Under the pieces are notes generated by a model. The model saw only the letters and a program-made list of their open reading frames with translations. It was not told the origin of the DNA and did no database searches. Of a DNA stretch of 62,890 nucleotides, positions 27,104-37,462 are shown one piece after another. Numbering within the stretch: position 1 is the first letter of the stretch; each line of letters begins with the position of its first letter. The stretch is from a virus, in the IMG/VR virus record IMGVR_UViG_3300047498_000007, positions 1 to 62,890 of that record; one strand, written 5' to 3'. Position numbers and translations under genes: made by a program.

Positions 27104-29571
27104 TATCCGTTCTCCGCTAGACAAGCCGCATATTCTTGCAATTTCTGCTGATACAATTCATTTGCTATTTGAGAATTCGCATGAGCTTCTTGTATCGAAG
27201 CCATTTCTTCTCCAGTCATTTTTGTTGTATCTAATTTTGCTTCAAGTTCTTTTATTGCAACATCATCTGGGTGTTGTTCTGCTGATTCATTCCCGCTTCC
27301 TGCCTCATCTTCGCGTCCTGCAGGTTCAGCGCCACTTCCGACTGATCCATTGCCTGTTTCGCCATGTCCCTCTGATCCTGAGACGTTTCCGGGTTGTTTA
27401 GAACTTGTTTTGATTGGCTCCAAACTTTTAGTAGCTTGTTCCTGTTTCCACTCATGTTCTAGCTCCTCTGGAGTTTTATTTTGTAATTCTTCTGGTTCTA
27501 ATGATTCTGTTTTCCAAGAATCTATTGCAGATTGTTCGATATGAGCTTTCTGTTCTTCTGAATAACGTTTTGATACTTCATCAAAAAATTGTTGACGAGT
27601 TTTTCCTTTTGTATCAATCCCAGTTTCAGAACTTACTCTATCAATTTCTGCATTATGATTAAGTGCATCATTATGAGCCTGTAAACTATTTGTATCTAAT
27701 TCAGAATGCTGATGTTCACCCCTAAGATCATTTCCGAGTTTTTCAAGTAATTGATTTGATGTTGGCCTAGCATCACCCAATTCTGGGAAATATCCAGCTT
27801 CTTTTGCTTTCATGCCAGCATCTTCAAGAGACAATCCGTCATCACGAACTAATTTCTTTTGAAAAGGTTTAGGCTTACCAGTAGCTATATCTAAATGAGC
27901 CTTATCAGCGTCCATAGCTTTTAATTCACCACCTTCAAGGCCCCCATTCTTTGTGAGGAATTCAGAAAGAGTATCTGGTCTTTGAGGAACTTTTACGTAA
28001 GGAGTTTCCTTAGAAGTTTCTGTAACAACTGGCTTAACTACTTCTGGAGCATTACGTTTGAATGTGAGAGGGATTTGCACTTTTCCTTCTGCGCCTTCTG
28101 CATTCGCTTTAACAGCATTTTTAACATTTTCACTTCCTGATCTTATTTCTTGATCTGACAATCCGACAGTATCTTTGAGATAAGACATATATTTATCATG
28201 AGCTGCACTTTTACCAGAAGAACGTTCACGAACAATATAAAGCGCACGATCAACATCATTCTTAAAAGAAAGTTCCAAGGTTTTATAACGAGGAGAAGCT
28301 TTAGATAATTCCTTGGGAAGCTTAGGAAATTCTCCAATAGGTTTTGTAGGGGATGCTCCCACTGCGAGTTTGGGAGTCGATGGCATTTCGACATTATGAC
28401 TTTCTGCCATAACTTGTGCCGCCCGACTAATAACGGCATCATCAACAGGAATCCCATTCTTAGCCGCTACATCCTGTATGGTACTTTTATATCGATCGAT
28501 AACTTTAGGATCTAAATTAGAAAGTGACTTCTCGACAGGCTTTTCTTCTTTGTCAGGTAATATCTCAGATTTAGCAGCCTCAAGTTGGTCTGTTGTTAAA
28601 TTTGGAGCGAATCCATCTCTATAAGTCTGAGCCTGCTTTTCAGCTATATCTCCTACTGTAGAAGGATTCTGTTCTCCTGGTTTTTGAAAAATAGGATCAA
28701 CGTCAACTTCTCTTCCTTCCACGAGTTGCCCAACAGCGGCCTGCATGGCAGCATGTTTAGAAGTGGCATCTGCATTGAACACAGATTGAATTTCAGAAGA
28801 AGCATCTTTTGACTTAGGCTGAAACTTCATTGCATCGTCAGGCTTCAATAAACCAGTTTCATGCAACGTTCCAAAGAATCCAGCATGAATAATAGCGTTT
28901 CCAGCTGCTGCATACATAACGTCCTTAAATGCAGACCGCAAATCATAGTCAGATGCCTGCTGTTGATCTAAACCATATTTTAAAGCTGTTAATGGCGCTT
29001 GGCTTATTGCGCCTGCTGTTGCTCCAGATACTGTCCTTGCGGCTGTACGAGAGACAACACTGCTCGTATCTAAGCCTGCACGACCAATTGCGGATAAAGC
29101 TGTTTCTTCACCTACACCAGGAATAAAATTAGAAGCAGCATTAAGCGGGTCCAACATAAACCCCACCAGGCCAACGCCAAAGTTTTGTACTGTATTATGT
29201 TGATTTGTATAACGATCAATAACCGCGTTTCTATCCATCTCATCACCCTTTTGACGAGAAATAGTCTGTGCAACATTTGCATACATTGGTTGATCAGTTA
29301 TTTTAACTTGCTTACCATCAGCGCCAATAGGACCATATTGAGCATTGATTTCGTCGGCAGATAACTTCGGCGCATTTATAGCAGAAGAATAGAATGTATC
29401 TCCCGCTCTTTGTGCGGCTCTCATAATAGACGATGTTGGTCCACTATCAAATTCAGAACTTAAGAATTGATCTGTTGAGACTGGCGTGTCTTCTGCATAA
29501 CCAACATTGCGAGCGCCCATTGGGGCTTCATTTTCGTCAGGAGAAGTTGAACTATTATTTATAAGACTCAT
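27103..29571 (-). CDS. large internal virion / ejection protein (822 aa)
   Basis: ATGA overlap with the upstream gene. The C-terminal third is acidic and low in complexity. The call rests on position. Confidence 0.5.
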   Translation of the reverse strand: MSLINNSSTSPDENEAPMGARNVGYAEDTPVSTDQFLSSEFDSGPTSSIMRAAQRAGDTFYSSAINAPKLSADEINAQYGPIGADGKQVKITDQPMYANVAQTISRQKGDEMDRNAVIDRYTNQHNTVQNFGVGLVGFMLDPLNAASNFIPGVGEETALSAIGRAGLDTSSVVSRTAARTVSGATAGAISQAPLTALKYGLDQQQASDYDLRSAFKDVMYAAAGNAIIHAGFFGTLHETGLLKPDDAMKFQPKSKDASSEIQSVFNADATSKHAAMQAAVGQLVEGREVDVDPIFQKPGEQNPSTVGDIAEKQAQTYRDGFAPNLTTDQLEAAKSEILPDKEEKPVEKSLSNLDPKVIDRYKSTIQDVAAKNGIPVDDAVISRAAQVMAESHNVEMPSTPKLAVGASPTKPIGEFPKLPKELSKASPRYKTLELSFKNDVDRALYIVRERSSGKSAAHDKYMSYLKDTVGLSDQEIRSGSENVKNAVKANAEGAEGKVQIPLTFKRNAPEVVKPVVTETSKETPYVKVPQRPDTLSEFLTKNGGLEGGELKAMDADKAHLDIATGKPKPFQKKLVRDDGLSLEDAGMKAKEAGYFPELGDARPTSNQLLEKLGNDLRGEHQHSELDTNSLQAHNDALNHNAEIDRVSSETGIDTKGKTRQQFFDEVSKRYSEEQKAHIEQSAIDSWKTESLEPEELQNKTPEELEHEWKQEQATKSLEPIKTSSKQPGNVSGSEGHGETGNGSVGSGAEPAGREDEAGSGNESAEQHPDDVAIKELEAKLDTTKMTGEEMASIQEAHANSQIANELYQQKLQEYAACLAENG

Positions 29572-32300
29572 GGACCTTCATCCGTGCCCCAAGTATCTAT
29601 TTGATTAACAGGAGCTGGTTTATTAAATGGCACAGATATAGGTTTGCCAGACTTATCGCGAACCCATCCATCTTGCGGGTCTTTAAGCATGAGGGAATCT
29701 TCATTGGGTGAAGTCACCCATGTAGGGGAATTCTTTACCCAATCATAATAATTCTCAGGTTTCATAACTGTGCCGTGAGTAGCGTTATTATATATTGGAG
29801 GAACAGTAGCCCCATTCTTTTCGAGATTAAGAAGAAGATCATTGGCATTAGCATTAACTGCATCATAATATTGAGTTGGCACTCTTGCATTACCTGCAGT
29901 CATAAAATTATATTTCTTAGTAAAGGCGTCTGCAGCTTTTTGAGCTGCTTGAGGATCACGATTATATAGAGTCTTTGCATAAGCTAAAGATTCTATAGAA
30001 TTAATGGTTCCTTGTATTTGTTCTCTCGATTGTCCACTACGCGCTAAAGATTCTTGTAACTGCGCTACAGATGGATCAGATGTAATAGAAGTTTTAATCT
30101 CAGTTTGCTTCTTAGCTCCACCTAATAATGAAGCGACATCTTTTCCTTTTGTATCTTTATCACCCATAAACTTGGCAAGCTGATAAGCATCTTGCTTTGT
30201 TTCTGGATCATCATTCAAGTGAGCAATAGCTTGATAATTAGATGGCAAGCCTCCTTGCGTAACAAGAGAATGATAAACTTCTGGCCAATGAGATCCTGTT
30301 TTTTGTTCTAAAGAACTTAATGCATCTGGAGCAGCAGAAGGATTTGATGTGATATTTGTCACCCATGAAGTTGCAATACTTGCAGGTAAAACAGCCCTAC
30401 TACTTTTTGGAATGCCTAAAAGTTCTTGACGTGCATTCACGGCATCAATATATGGTCCTATTTTTGATTGATCTTTTATGCCATCGTTCAATAGGTTAGT
30501 AAGGTTCTGATCTGTTCCTGTGATAGTACCAGGCGGATCGTCACTAAGCTTTTTCATAAGTTTAGTAAGGTTCTGATCTGTTCCTGTGATAGTACCAGCC
30601 GGATCGTCACTAAGCTTTTTCATATAATTCGTTGTTGCTGTTTTTACTTTATTATAAAGTCTAGACTGGTCTGCAAAATCACTTCCTTGCATACGTCCAG
30701 TTACATCGGAAACATAAGATGAAACACTTTTGCCATTTGCATCTTGCGTATCATGAACCCACGGAGTCTTACTTCCTGCGGGGGCAACATTGCCTGGTCC
30801 AGAGAAATAGCCAACAGCTATACGAGCAGGATCTCCATTAAATTTTGTAGATAGATCATCAATAATACGACGCCCAACTGCTTCATTATCTTTTGGATTG
30901 TTGATGTCTTCTCCTGGCTTTGCATATTGAGAAAATGTACCAGGAGTTATTTGCCAGCTTCCAGTTGAAACTCCATTTGCAGGAGGATTAACGTTTCCAC
31001 CAGATTCTTGCTGATGAATAGAATCAGCAATTGACATGACCGGAGTATTCTTAGGTTTAAATTCGTTTAACTTGGCTCCTATTTGACTTATGGGGGTAGT
31101 TGGTAAAGCAGCCACAAAACCAGCTACATGTTGCTGATCATGGAATTCATTAATCACATCTCGTGCTTTATCCGGTTCATTAGGATAAGCAGCTTTGATT
31201 TTATCTGGATCGGGAATGTCTGTAATTGGTTGTCCCGAAGAAGCTAATGATTTTGCATTATCAAGAGATTTCTCAACACCATATCGTGTGTTAACGACAT
31301 TAGCTTTTGACATCAATTGATCTAAACGTATCATCTCAGCATTAATATAATCATCGCTATGACCAGCGTTTTTAGCCGAAGCAGCAAGAGCGTCTTTATT
31401 ATAATCAATCCCACTGCTGGCATACATACGTGAAGTCTGGAGTTGATCGCCAAATTGACGCCTGAACTCTCCTCCCATTTCGCTTGAGATTTGAGATCTA
31501 TGTCCAGCATCTAAATAAGGAACAGAAATTTGTTGTCCATCACGATTAACGGGAATACTTCCGTTCATTCCTTCGTCATAAAGTTGTTTTGCTAAATTAG
31601 GATTGCTCTCAATGTTTGTCTTTATAGCTGCTGAATAAGCCTCACCAATGTTGTGAGATACGAGTTTGTCAGCTGTATCAGGATCAAGCCCCAAATGATG
31701 AGCATACTGTAATGCGTCATTTTGTATCTTATCTAAATATCCTGAACGTGTTGGGTTGTTGGCATTCATGGCAAATTGATTTACATTATTAGCCATAGAT
31801 GCATTTAGTGAGGCTGTTTGAGCTTGTTCTGCTTGGTCCGCTACATAAGCGCCCGAACGAAAAATAGCTCCGTTAACTTCATGAGAAAAATCATTCTTGA
31901 ATAAAAGCTGTGCGCCATTTGTCGGCATGGAAGAAGCGTATTTTTCATTAATGCCTGCAGCTTTTTGTTGAAATACTTTATAAGCTGCAACTGCGTTATT
32001 GCCTTTATTTTGTTTAAATTCATTTTCAGCATCTGATAGTTCTTGTGAAGCGGAAACAACGCCGTCTCTAGCTGATGATTGATTGTAAATATCGCCAAGC
32101 TTTATGGCATATTGATTTGTCTGTTCAGCTACATTTTGTAATGTGCCACCTAATTTCTGTGTCGCTCCACCGATTTGAGCGCCAAAATCATTAGGGTTTG
32201 ATTCAACATTTAAACGTGGATTTGGTATTGTGCTATCAACAGGTTCTGCCGTTGGAACACTTCCGTAAGTACCATAAACATCATTTGTACGGACTGGCAT
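29568..32300 (-). CDS. internal virion protein with lytic transglycosylase (SLT) domain (910 aa)
   Basis: IHQQESGGNVNPPANGVSTGSWQITPGTFSQY...AVGYFSGPG resembles the SLT catalytic E-S block. Its position is like T7 gp16. Confidence 0.6.
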   Translation of the reverse strand: MPVRTNDVYGTYGSVPTAEPVDSTIPNPRLNVESNPNDFGAQIGGATQKLGGTLQNVAEQTNQYAIKLGDIYNQSSARDGVVSASQELSDAENEFKQNKGNNAVAAYKVFQQKAAGINEKYASSMPTNGAQLLFKNDFSHEVNGAIFRSGAYVADQAEQAQTASLNASMANNVNQFAMNANNPTRSGYLDKIQNDALQYAHHLGLDPDTADKLVSHNIGEAYSAAIKTNIESNPNLAKQLYDEGMNGSIPVNRDGQQISVPYLDAGHRSQISSEMGGEFRRQFGDQLQTSRMYASSGIDYNKDALAASAKNAGHSDDYINAEMIRLDQLMSKANVVNTRYGVEKSLDNAKSLASSGQPITDIPDPDKIKAAYPNEPDKARDVINEFHDQQHVAGFVAALPTTPISQIGAKLNEFKPKNTPVMSIADSIHQQESGGNVNPPANGVSTGSWQITPGTFSQYAKPGEDINNPKDNEAVGRRIIDDLSTKFNGDPARIAVGYFSGPGNVAPAGSKTPWVHDTQDANGKSVSSYVSDVTGRMQGSDFADQSRLYNKVKTATTNYMKKLSDDPAGTITGTDQNLTKLMKKLSDDPPGTITGTDQNLTNLLNDGIKDQSKIGPYIDAVNARQELLGIPKSSRAVLPASIATSWVTNITSNPSAAPDALSSLEQKTGSHWPEVYHSLVTQGGLPSNYQAIAHLNDDPETKQDAYQLAKFMGDKDTKGKDVASLLGGAKKQTEIKTSITSDPSVAQLQESLARSGQSREQIQGTINSIESLAYAKTLYNRDPQAAQKAADAFTKKYNFMTAGNARVPTQYYDAVNANANDLLLNLEKNGATVPPIYNNATHGTVMKPENYYDWVKNSPTWVTSPNEDSLMLKDPQDGWVRDKSGKPISVPFNKPAPVNQIDTWGTDEGP
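30496..30627 (-). repeat. 66-bp tandem duplication (2 copies, 1 mismatch) inside the SLT protein gene
   Basis: ttagtaaggttctgatctgttcctgtgatagtaccagGcggatcgtcactaagctttttcata is repeated with G>C. It encodes MKKLSDDP(A/P)GTITGTDQNLT twice. Confidence 0.9.
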
Positions 32301-32891
32301 TTAATAAAGACCCCCTGTGCCTGGGCCTACAGTGCCATTGCCTGTTCCTGGATCAAGATTACCATCAATAGGACTATTCTTTTGGAGATAATTTCCATAA
32401 GCACCAGCAGCACCAGAAACACCCCCAAGGATTGATCCTGCAGCACCTATATCGCCAGCTATTGCCGCATTATTACCTTGGAATTTATCCAATTGAGATT
32501 GCGCTGTATAGCTTGCTGCTTGTGTTTGATACCCATAAGCTGTTTTTGCTGCGTTGGAACGCACAGTAAGAGCATCTAACTCTCCCAATTCTTCTGCGCT
32601 CGATCGTACATCAACAGCACTCCCGGAGTTAACATCAATGTTACCTGCTGCTTGGTTTGCTTTAATGGCTCCCACTGTAGCTCTAGTTTTCTGCTCTGAT
32701 ACAGCTGCTTGCTCTTCGCCAGCGTTAGCGGCTCTTGTAGCTGTTTGTTGAGCAATAGTTGCATTATTTGCAGCAATTTCTGAATTATAATTAGCTGATT
32801 TTTTTGCAGCTTGTCCTTGTTCATATTCTCCATAGCCAGTTATAGCCGCTCCAGCTACTGCTATAACCGCTGATGCAATAGCCCACGGCAT
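32301..32891 (-). CDS. Ala/Gly-rich internal virion protein with N-terminal TM (196 aa)
   Basis: MPWAIASAVIAVAGAAITGYG followed by an Ala/Gln-rich helical region. Position is like gp14. Confidence 0.45.
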   Translation of the reverse strand: MPWAIASAVIAVAGAAITGYGEYEQGQAAKKSANYNSEIAANNATIAQQTATRAANAGEEQAAVSEQKTRATVGAIKANQAAGNIDVNSGSAVDVRSSAEELGELDALTVRSNAAKTAYGYQTQAASYTAQSQLDKFQGNNAAIAGDIGAAGSILGGVSGAAGAYGNYLQKNSPIDGNLDPGTGNGTVGPGTGGLY

Positions 32892-33271
32892 TACGCTAAC
32901 TCCTTGAGTCTATTCTCTTCATGAATTAATGGTTTCCCATTCGTAAGAGAAAAATAATCCGACATATTATGTATGCAATATACTTCTGTATTATCTTCCA
33001 AAGATTGAAATCTGTGCTTAGATTTAGCAGGAATCTTTATTGCGTCTGGTGCTTTAAAATCACCAATAAATTTTTCACCCTCCCACACTCTCACGGAACC
33101 TTTGGCTACCAATGAAGTATGATAATATTCATGAGAATGTTGGGCTACCATCGTGCCCTTCCGCTTCATGATCATTCCTTTGATAAATATTCCATCAGAA
33201 GTGGTCCATTCTATGTCATCAGGTAAATGAACCAGACAGTCTCCACGTTCGATTCCCATTTCGTCAATCAT
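32891..33271 (-). CDS. cupin-domain protein (126 aa; the ORF is open to 33304)
   Basis: HSHEYYHTSLVAKGSVRV...PAKSKHRFQSLEDNTEVYCIH fits the cupin two-motif pattern. ATG 33271 forms an ATGA overlap with the upstream stop. Confidence 0.5.
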   Translation of the reverse strand: MIDEMGIERGDCLVHLPDDIEWTTSDGIFIKGMIMKRKGTMVAQHSHEYYHTSLVAKGSVRVWEGEKFIGDFKAPDAIKIPAKSKHRFQSLEDNTEVYCIHNMSDYFSLTNGKPLIHEENRLKELA

Positions 33272-33846
33272 TGATATCTCCCAAATTTTGCTGTACGAAT
33301 ACAAATAATGACAGTAATTCTATCATCTTTACTTTCATTCTCTACCCAATGAATTTTACGATTATCAAATAACCATATCTCACCTGGTTTCGGCGCAAGT
33401 CTTTCTACCCCATCGTGGTCACAACAAAAATAAGCGCCTTCAGAACTTTTTAATGTCAAGTAAAATTTATCATAATATTCAACATGCCATCCGCCATCTA
33501 CATGGGGGGATATACCCATACCTGGGGGAACGCGAGTAATGAGAACACCACCGAGCATTTCGCCTTCAACTTTAGCCATTAAGTCAAAAACAATTTTATG
33601 AAGAGAAGGCAATAATCTCCAAGCAGGATACCAAATTGGAACATGCTCATTACTCATGAGCTGAAAATCGTTATTACATTTTTCAAGTGAATTATATCGA
33701 ACCCAAATATCTGACATCCTATCGTGAGGAGTGCCCTTATAGACTTTGCGCTGATTATTAACATCCCAGAGATTGGAATTTAATTCTATCTCCGCTAAAA
33801 GACCAGACACATCAATGCCGTCACTAATTTTCTGAAAGTTTTTCAT
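33268..33846 (-). CDS. aspartyl/asparaginyl beta-hydroxylase-like (cupin-fold oxygenase) protein
   Basis: PHVDGGWHVEYYDKFYLTL...GEIWLFDNRKIHWVENESKDDRITVI resembles the Asp_Arg_Hydrox pattern H-x-D...W-x-F-D...H-x-V-x-N. Confidence 0.55.
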   Translation of the reverse strand: MKNFQKISDGIDVSGLLAEIELNSNLWDVNNQRKVYKGTPHDRMSDIWVRYNSLEKCNNDFQLMSNEHVPIWYPAWRLLPSLHKIVFDLMAKVEGEMLGGVLITRVPPGMGISPHVDGGWHVEYYDKFYLTLKSSEGAYFCCDHDGVERLAPKPGEIWLFDNRKIHWVENESKDDRITVIICIRTAKFGRYQ

Positions 33847-34295
33847 TATGCAACTTTCTGAAACTTTCGAAACAAACCCCCTTTGGGTCCATATTGTTCA
33901 GGATTATATAAGTTAAAACCCATTATTTCCAGTATTTTAATAGACTTATGATAACTAGCATCCACGAAGTTCTCTAGGACAGGGAAAATCTTAAGTATTT
34001 CCCTTAATTCCTGACGATACAAGAGGGCAAATTGTAATGGATATTGCTCACAAATAGGGGCGGTAAGAAGCCAGGGGCACCCTACTCCTTCCCAAACACA
34101 CCCTATAACACCCCATATACCAGCAACTTTTCCATCGACAGTTGCTGTTTTACAAATTACAGAATTTTCCCAAGAACGAAATAAAGCATCCCGATCAGAA
34201 ATTCCGAAACATGCTAATTCTTTTCTATCTTCTGCACGTAGATTTTCTCTCAATTCAGAAAGATGTTCGGGAATAGTGTTGAGAATTTCTATCAT
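33846..34295 (-). CDS. hypothetical protein, possibly T7 gp13-like / GNAT-fold (149 aa)
   Basis: The call rests on position directly after the tubular-B-like gene and on a weak remembered resemblance to gp13/DUF2833-type proteins. Confidence 0.3.
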   Translation of the reverse strand: MIEILNTIPEHLSELRENLRAEDRKELACFGISDRDALFRSWENSVICKTATVDGKVAGIWGVIGCVWEGVGCPWLLTAPICEQYPLQFALLYRQELREILKIFPVLENFVDASYHKSIKILEIMGFNLYNPEQYGPKGGLFRKFQKVA

Positions 34296-37200
34296 GGAGA
34301 ACTAGTATCGCCTACTGTATAGAATCCTGAGCAACTGAGAATCGTCATCGGCAGGGGGTTTTTTTGTTCAAATGCCATCTGAGCACCAACGATCCACTCG
34401 CCGGGAATTAATTGACGAGGAATATTCCCAGTAAATAAAGGAATAGCACTACCGGCATTTATAAATGCACTGCGTTCGTTAATTGGTTTCATGCCTTCCC
34501 ATGGGACATCAGCATAATTTGGTTGTGTAGAAGCATCTGGCTGGTTTGATCCAACAGTAAATCCACGGCTTTTTTCAACTCGAATAGATAATCCTTGAAT
34601 ATTAACACGTTTAGCTTGCATAGAACCTCCTTGGTCAGGAACATCTAAATAAGGAGTCTGCAATTGAGAAATAAACGGTAAACCAACAAGAATTTGTGAA
34701 TAATAAGCTGGCAGATTTATCGTTCCATCCACAACTATCTGCGAATTAACTACACTGCCATCTGCCAATATAGAGACAGTTAAACCTTCCAATTGGCTTA
34801 GGCCGGTAACAACATTCGTTGGCGTCGTAATCGTCCATTGTCCTTGTGCCGCAGGAACAGGAGTATTATTAATATCATCAGTGATAATGTCTGTAATCGG
34901 TTGGGTGATATTTGCTATTACCTGTTCTGCAGTAACATACGAAACAACAGTCGCTTTACCACCACCAATTCTTATGACATCTCCGACGTTGGCCGACGTG
35001 AAGACGCTTGCTGAAGCATTAAAGACAACATCATTGGTTATAATTGGATAGACGACAGCCCCTGATCCAGTCGGATCATTAATAATAATTTTTGTAAGAC
35101 CTGGAGGATATTTTGTTCCTTGAGTAAGAGGAGTGACAGCCGTAATCACGCCGCCAACTTGGGTTACAGAAAATGTAGCCCCAGATCCAACATTGGTAGG
35201 ATCAAAAGCTGTTGCTGTCGGAGCAGTATATCCAGCACCACCAAATACCAGATTAGTGTTTGATATATTTGAAGTGCCATTAGCAGATACAGGAGTTAAT
35301 GTCGCGGAAGGAATATTCATTGGGAAGGACAAGCCACAATCCACACACCAAGTCTCTTCAACGTTATCCCAGATGCGATTGTTCATACGTTCAGAATAAT
35401 AAACCCATTGTCCCCTGACTAATCTTTGCACTATCAAATAAACTGCATCGACATATACATTTGTCTGTCCACTTGGAGGTTCGCTAATTGAACACACACC
35501 CTGAAACAATCCATTTGTATCATGTCGAGTCCAAGCATAAACATCTTGTTCTTTCAAATAAGTGAATCCCAAAAGAATACCGTCATCTCTTACAACCCAA
35601 ATTAATTTATTAGGTTCTTCCGCATAAGCCCACTGCTCAATCTGATGATTGGTGAACAATTGATTAGCTAATACTGTCTGGTCACTACTCGTGTAAATAT
35701 TGACAAAGAAGTTATATTGCAAATCACGGATGATACTCCCTTTAGATTGAACAAATAAAATATCATAATTAATTGGTATTGGTTGGACATGGAAATGACA
35801 ACCATTGTAAGCTTGAGGTGTCGCGTCTTGGTCGGATGGCGTAATTGCAGGACCTGGACTTCCAACTAACTGCCAAATACCTGCTCCTGTAAAGATGACT
35901 AAACCACCTGGCATTGGCACCATGAATTGAATACCATTAATTTGTTGCGCCCATGGCGTGCCAATAATGGCATCAGAATCAACCGTAGGGATAGAACTAT
36001 CCATATTACTGAATGCTCCGGGTTGACTCATGAAATAAGTATCTGGATTATTTTGCGTATTCGCATACACGCGACGTTGTTGAAAATAAGCCGCTGTGCT
36101 CGGATAAGTCCCTGTCTCTGGCCCAACTACGAGAGAGGCAGTGGCGCTAGAGCCTCCTGTTATCGAAATAGTATCTGCAGGAAGATAGCCCTTACCTCCA
36201 TTGACAACTATATAAGCTACAACACTCCCGCCAACAACGATTGGAACGATAACAGCGCCGCTACCTGTGCCTGTTGTTATAGTATAACCAACAGTACCTT
36301 GACTATAACCACTCCCAACTACCGTCGGAGTAACACTTGTAATGGCTCCAACAGCAAATGGGTTCTGATGAGTCGGAGGCACTGTAGTCATATCCGCAAC
36401 AATATTCGTATCTACAAAAGATCCTCCATAAGATGTTCCTAAATAACCATAAAGCACCCCTACAGGAACTGGGGTTGTGTATGAAGGAGTTGCGGCATAA
36501 ATGTTATAGCTTGTAGCGCCAGCAACCGCCTTCCATGTTATGGTGTTGGAGCCAGCATAAATCGCTATATCATTATTCTCTATAGCAGTTGCCGTTGATG
36601 CTATACTCTCTTCACCATCAGCCGCTACCGCAGTCACAACATAACTATACCATGTATTTACAGTCGTAGAAGATTGAGCTGAAGAAGCAACATTTGTGGG
36701 AGCTGTAATAGAGGTGCCAAATGTGTCAGCTGTTATAGTCCATGTAGTCGATCCCATTCTTAAAAGTTCATAAGAAGGATATTCAGTGCCAGTAATCTGA
36801 TTGACACAACACAAGGTCATATTGTCAGCAGATTGTGCATATTTTAAAAATGGCAAGTCGATCGCTGCATATGGAGTCACTAAAGTATAGATACGAGCAA
36901 GTGTTCCTCCAGATGTGAAGGCACCATAAATAAAGGTGTTGACTACATTGCCGAATAAATCAGTAAGAGTTCCTGTTGTGGATGTAAGCGCCTGCCATAT
37001 ATAAGTTTGATTGTTTAGTTGTTTCGTGCCACCGACATTAGCAAAGAAAACCCAATCTCCTGTTGCAAGTGTATAAGTGCCATTATTATAAGTTATGACA
37101 CCTGGATTGGCTTGCGTAATACCAGTTATAGATTGAGGCGCTTCAGTAACATAAGCACCATCAGATTTGATACGCATATATTCATCGCCAAATTCAAGCG

Positions 37201-37459
37201 CGTATCCTTGATTTATATTAAATTGAAATGGAATATCACGAGGAGGATTATTTGTTGCAGTTCCCCCATTATTGGGGGATCCTTGTTTGCACATGCCGAT
37301 ATATGCTGTTCCGGCTCTACTTGAAGCACCGCCACGATAATTTGCAAACATATTTCTATAAGTGAAAGCGCCTTGTTTCCACTTATTTAGATCAATACGT
37401 CCAAAAAGTGATGGGCTTATTTCTCCAGCTGAGAACGATGATTGGAATGAGGTAAGCAT
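34292..37459 (-). CDS. tail tubular protein B / nozzle-like protein (1055 aa)
   Basis: The N-terminus MLTSFQSSFSAGEISPSLFGRIDLNKWKQGA is typical of podovirus nozzle proteins. Size and synteny after the tubular-A-like gene agree. Confidence 0.55.
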   Translation of the reverse strand: MLTSFQSSFSAGEISPSLFGRIDLNKWKQGAFTYRNMFANYRGGASSRAGTAYIGMCKQGSPNNGGTATNNPPRDIPFQFNINQGYALEFGDEYMRIKSDGAYVTEAPQSITGITQANPGVITYNNGTYTLATGDWVFFANVGGTKQLNNQTYIWQALTSTTGTLTDLFGNVVNTFIYGAFTSGGTLARIYTLVTPYAAIDLPFLKYAQSADNMTLCCVNQITGTEYPSYELLRMGSTTWTITADTFGTSITAPTNVASSAQSSTTVNTWYSYVVTAVAADGEESIASTATAIENNDIAIYAGSNTITWKAVAGATSYNIYAATPSYTTPVPVGVLYGYLGTSYGGSFVDTNIVADMTTVPPTHQNPFAVGAITSVTPTVVGSGYSQGTVGYTITTGTGSGAVIVPIVVGGSVVAYIVVNGGKGYLPADTISITGGSSATASLVVGPETGTYPSTAAYFQQRRVYANTQNNPDTYFMSQPGAFSNMDSSIPTVDSDAIIGTPWAQQINGIQFMVPMPGGLVIFTGAGIWQLVGSPGPAITPSDQDATPQAYNGCHFHVQPIPINYDILFVQSKGSIIRDLQYNFFVNIYTSSDQTVLANQLFTNHQIEQWAYAEEPNKLIWVVRDDGILLGFTYLKEQDVYAWTRHDTNGLFQGVCSISEPPSGQTNVYVDAVYLIVQRLVRGQWVYYSERMNNRIWDNVEETWCVDCGLSFPMNIPSATLTPVSANGTSNISNTNLVFGGAGYTAPTATAFDPTNVGSGATFSVTQVGGVITAVTPLTQGTKYPPGLTKIIINDPTGSGAVVYPIITNDVVFNASASVFTSANVGDVIRIGGGKATVVSYVTAEQVIANITQPITDIITDDINNTPVPAAQGQWTITTPTNVVTGLSQLEGLTVSILADGSVVNSQIVVDGTINLPAYYSQILVGLPFISQLQTPYLDVPDQGGSMQAKRVNIQGLSIRVEKSRGFTVGSNQPDASTQPNYADVPWEGMKPINERSAFINAGSAIPLFTGNIPRQLIPGEWIVGAQMAFEQKNPLPMTILSCSGFYTVGDTSSP

Positions 37460-37462
37460 GGG

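Noticed and set aside
35927-36442. Internal opposite-strand ORFs inside large late genes, for example 35927..36442 (171 aa), 21271..21615, 53133..53519 and 47767..48174.
   Set aside because: They are fully nested antisense within long, motif-supported genes, have no SD and have biased composition. They are typical shadow ORFs.
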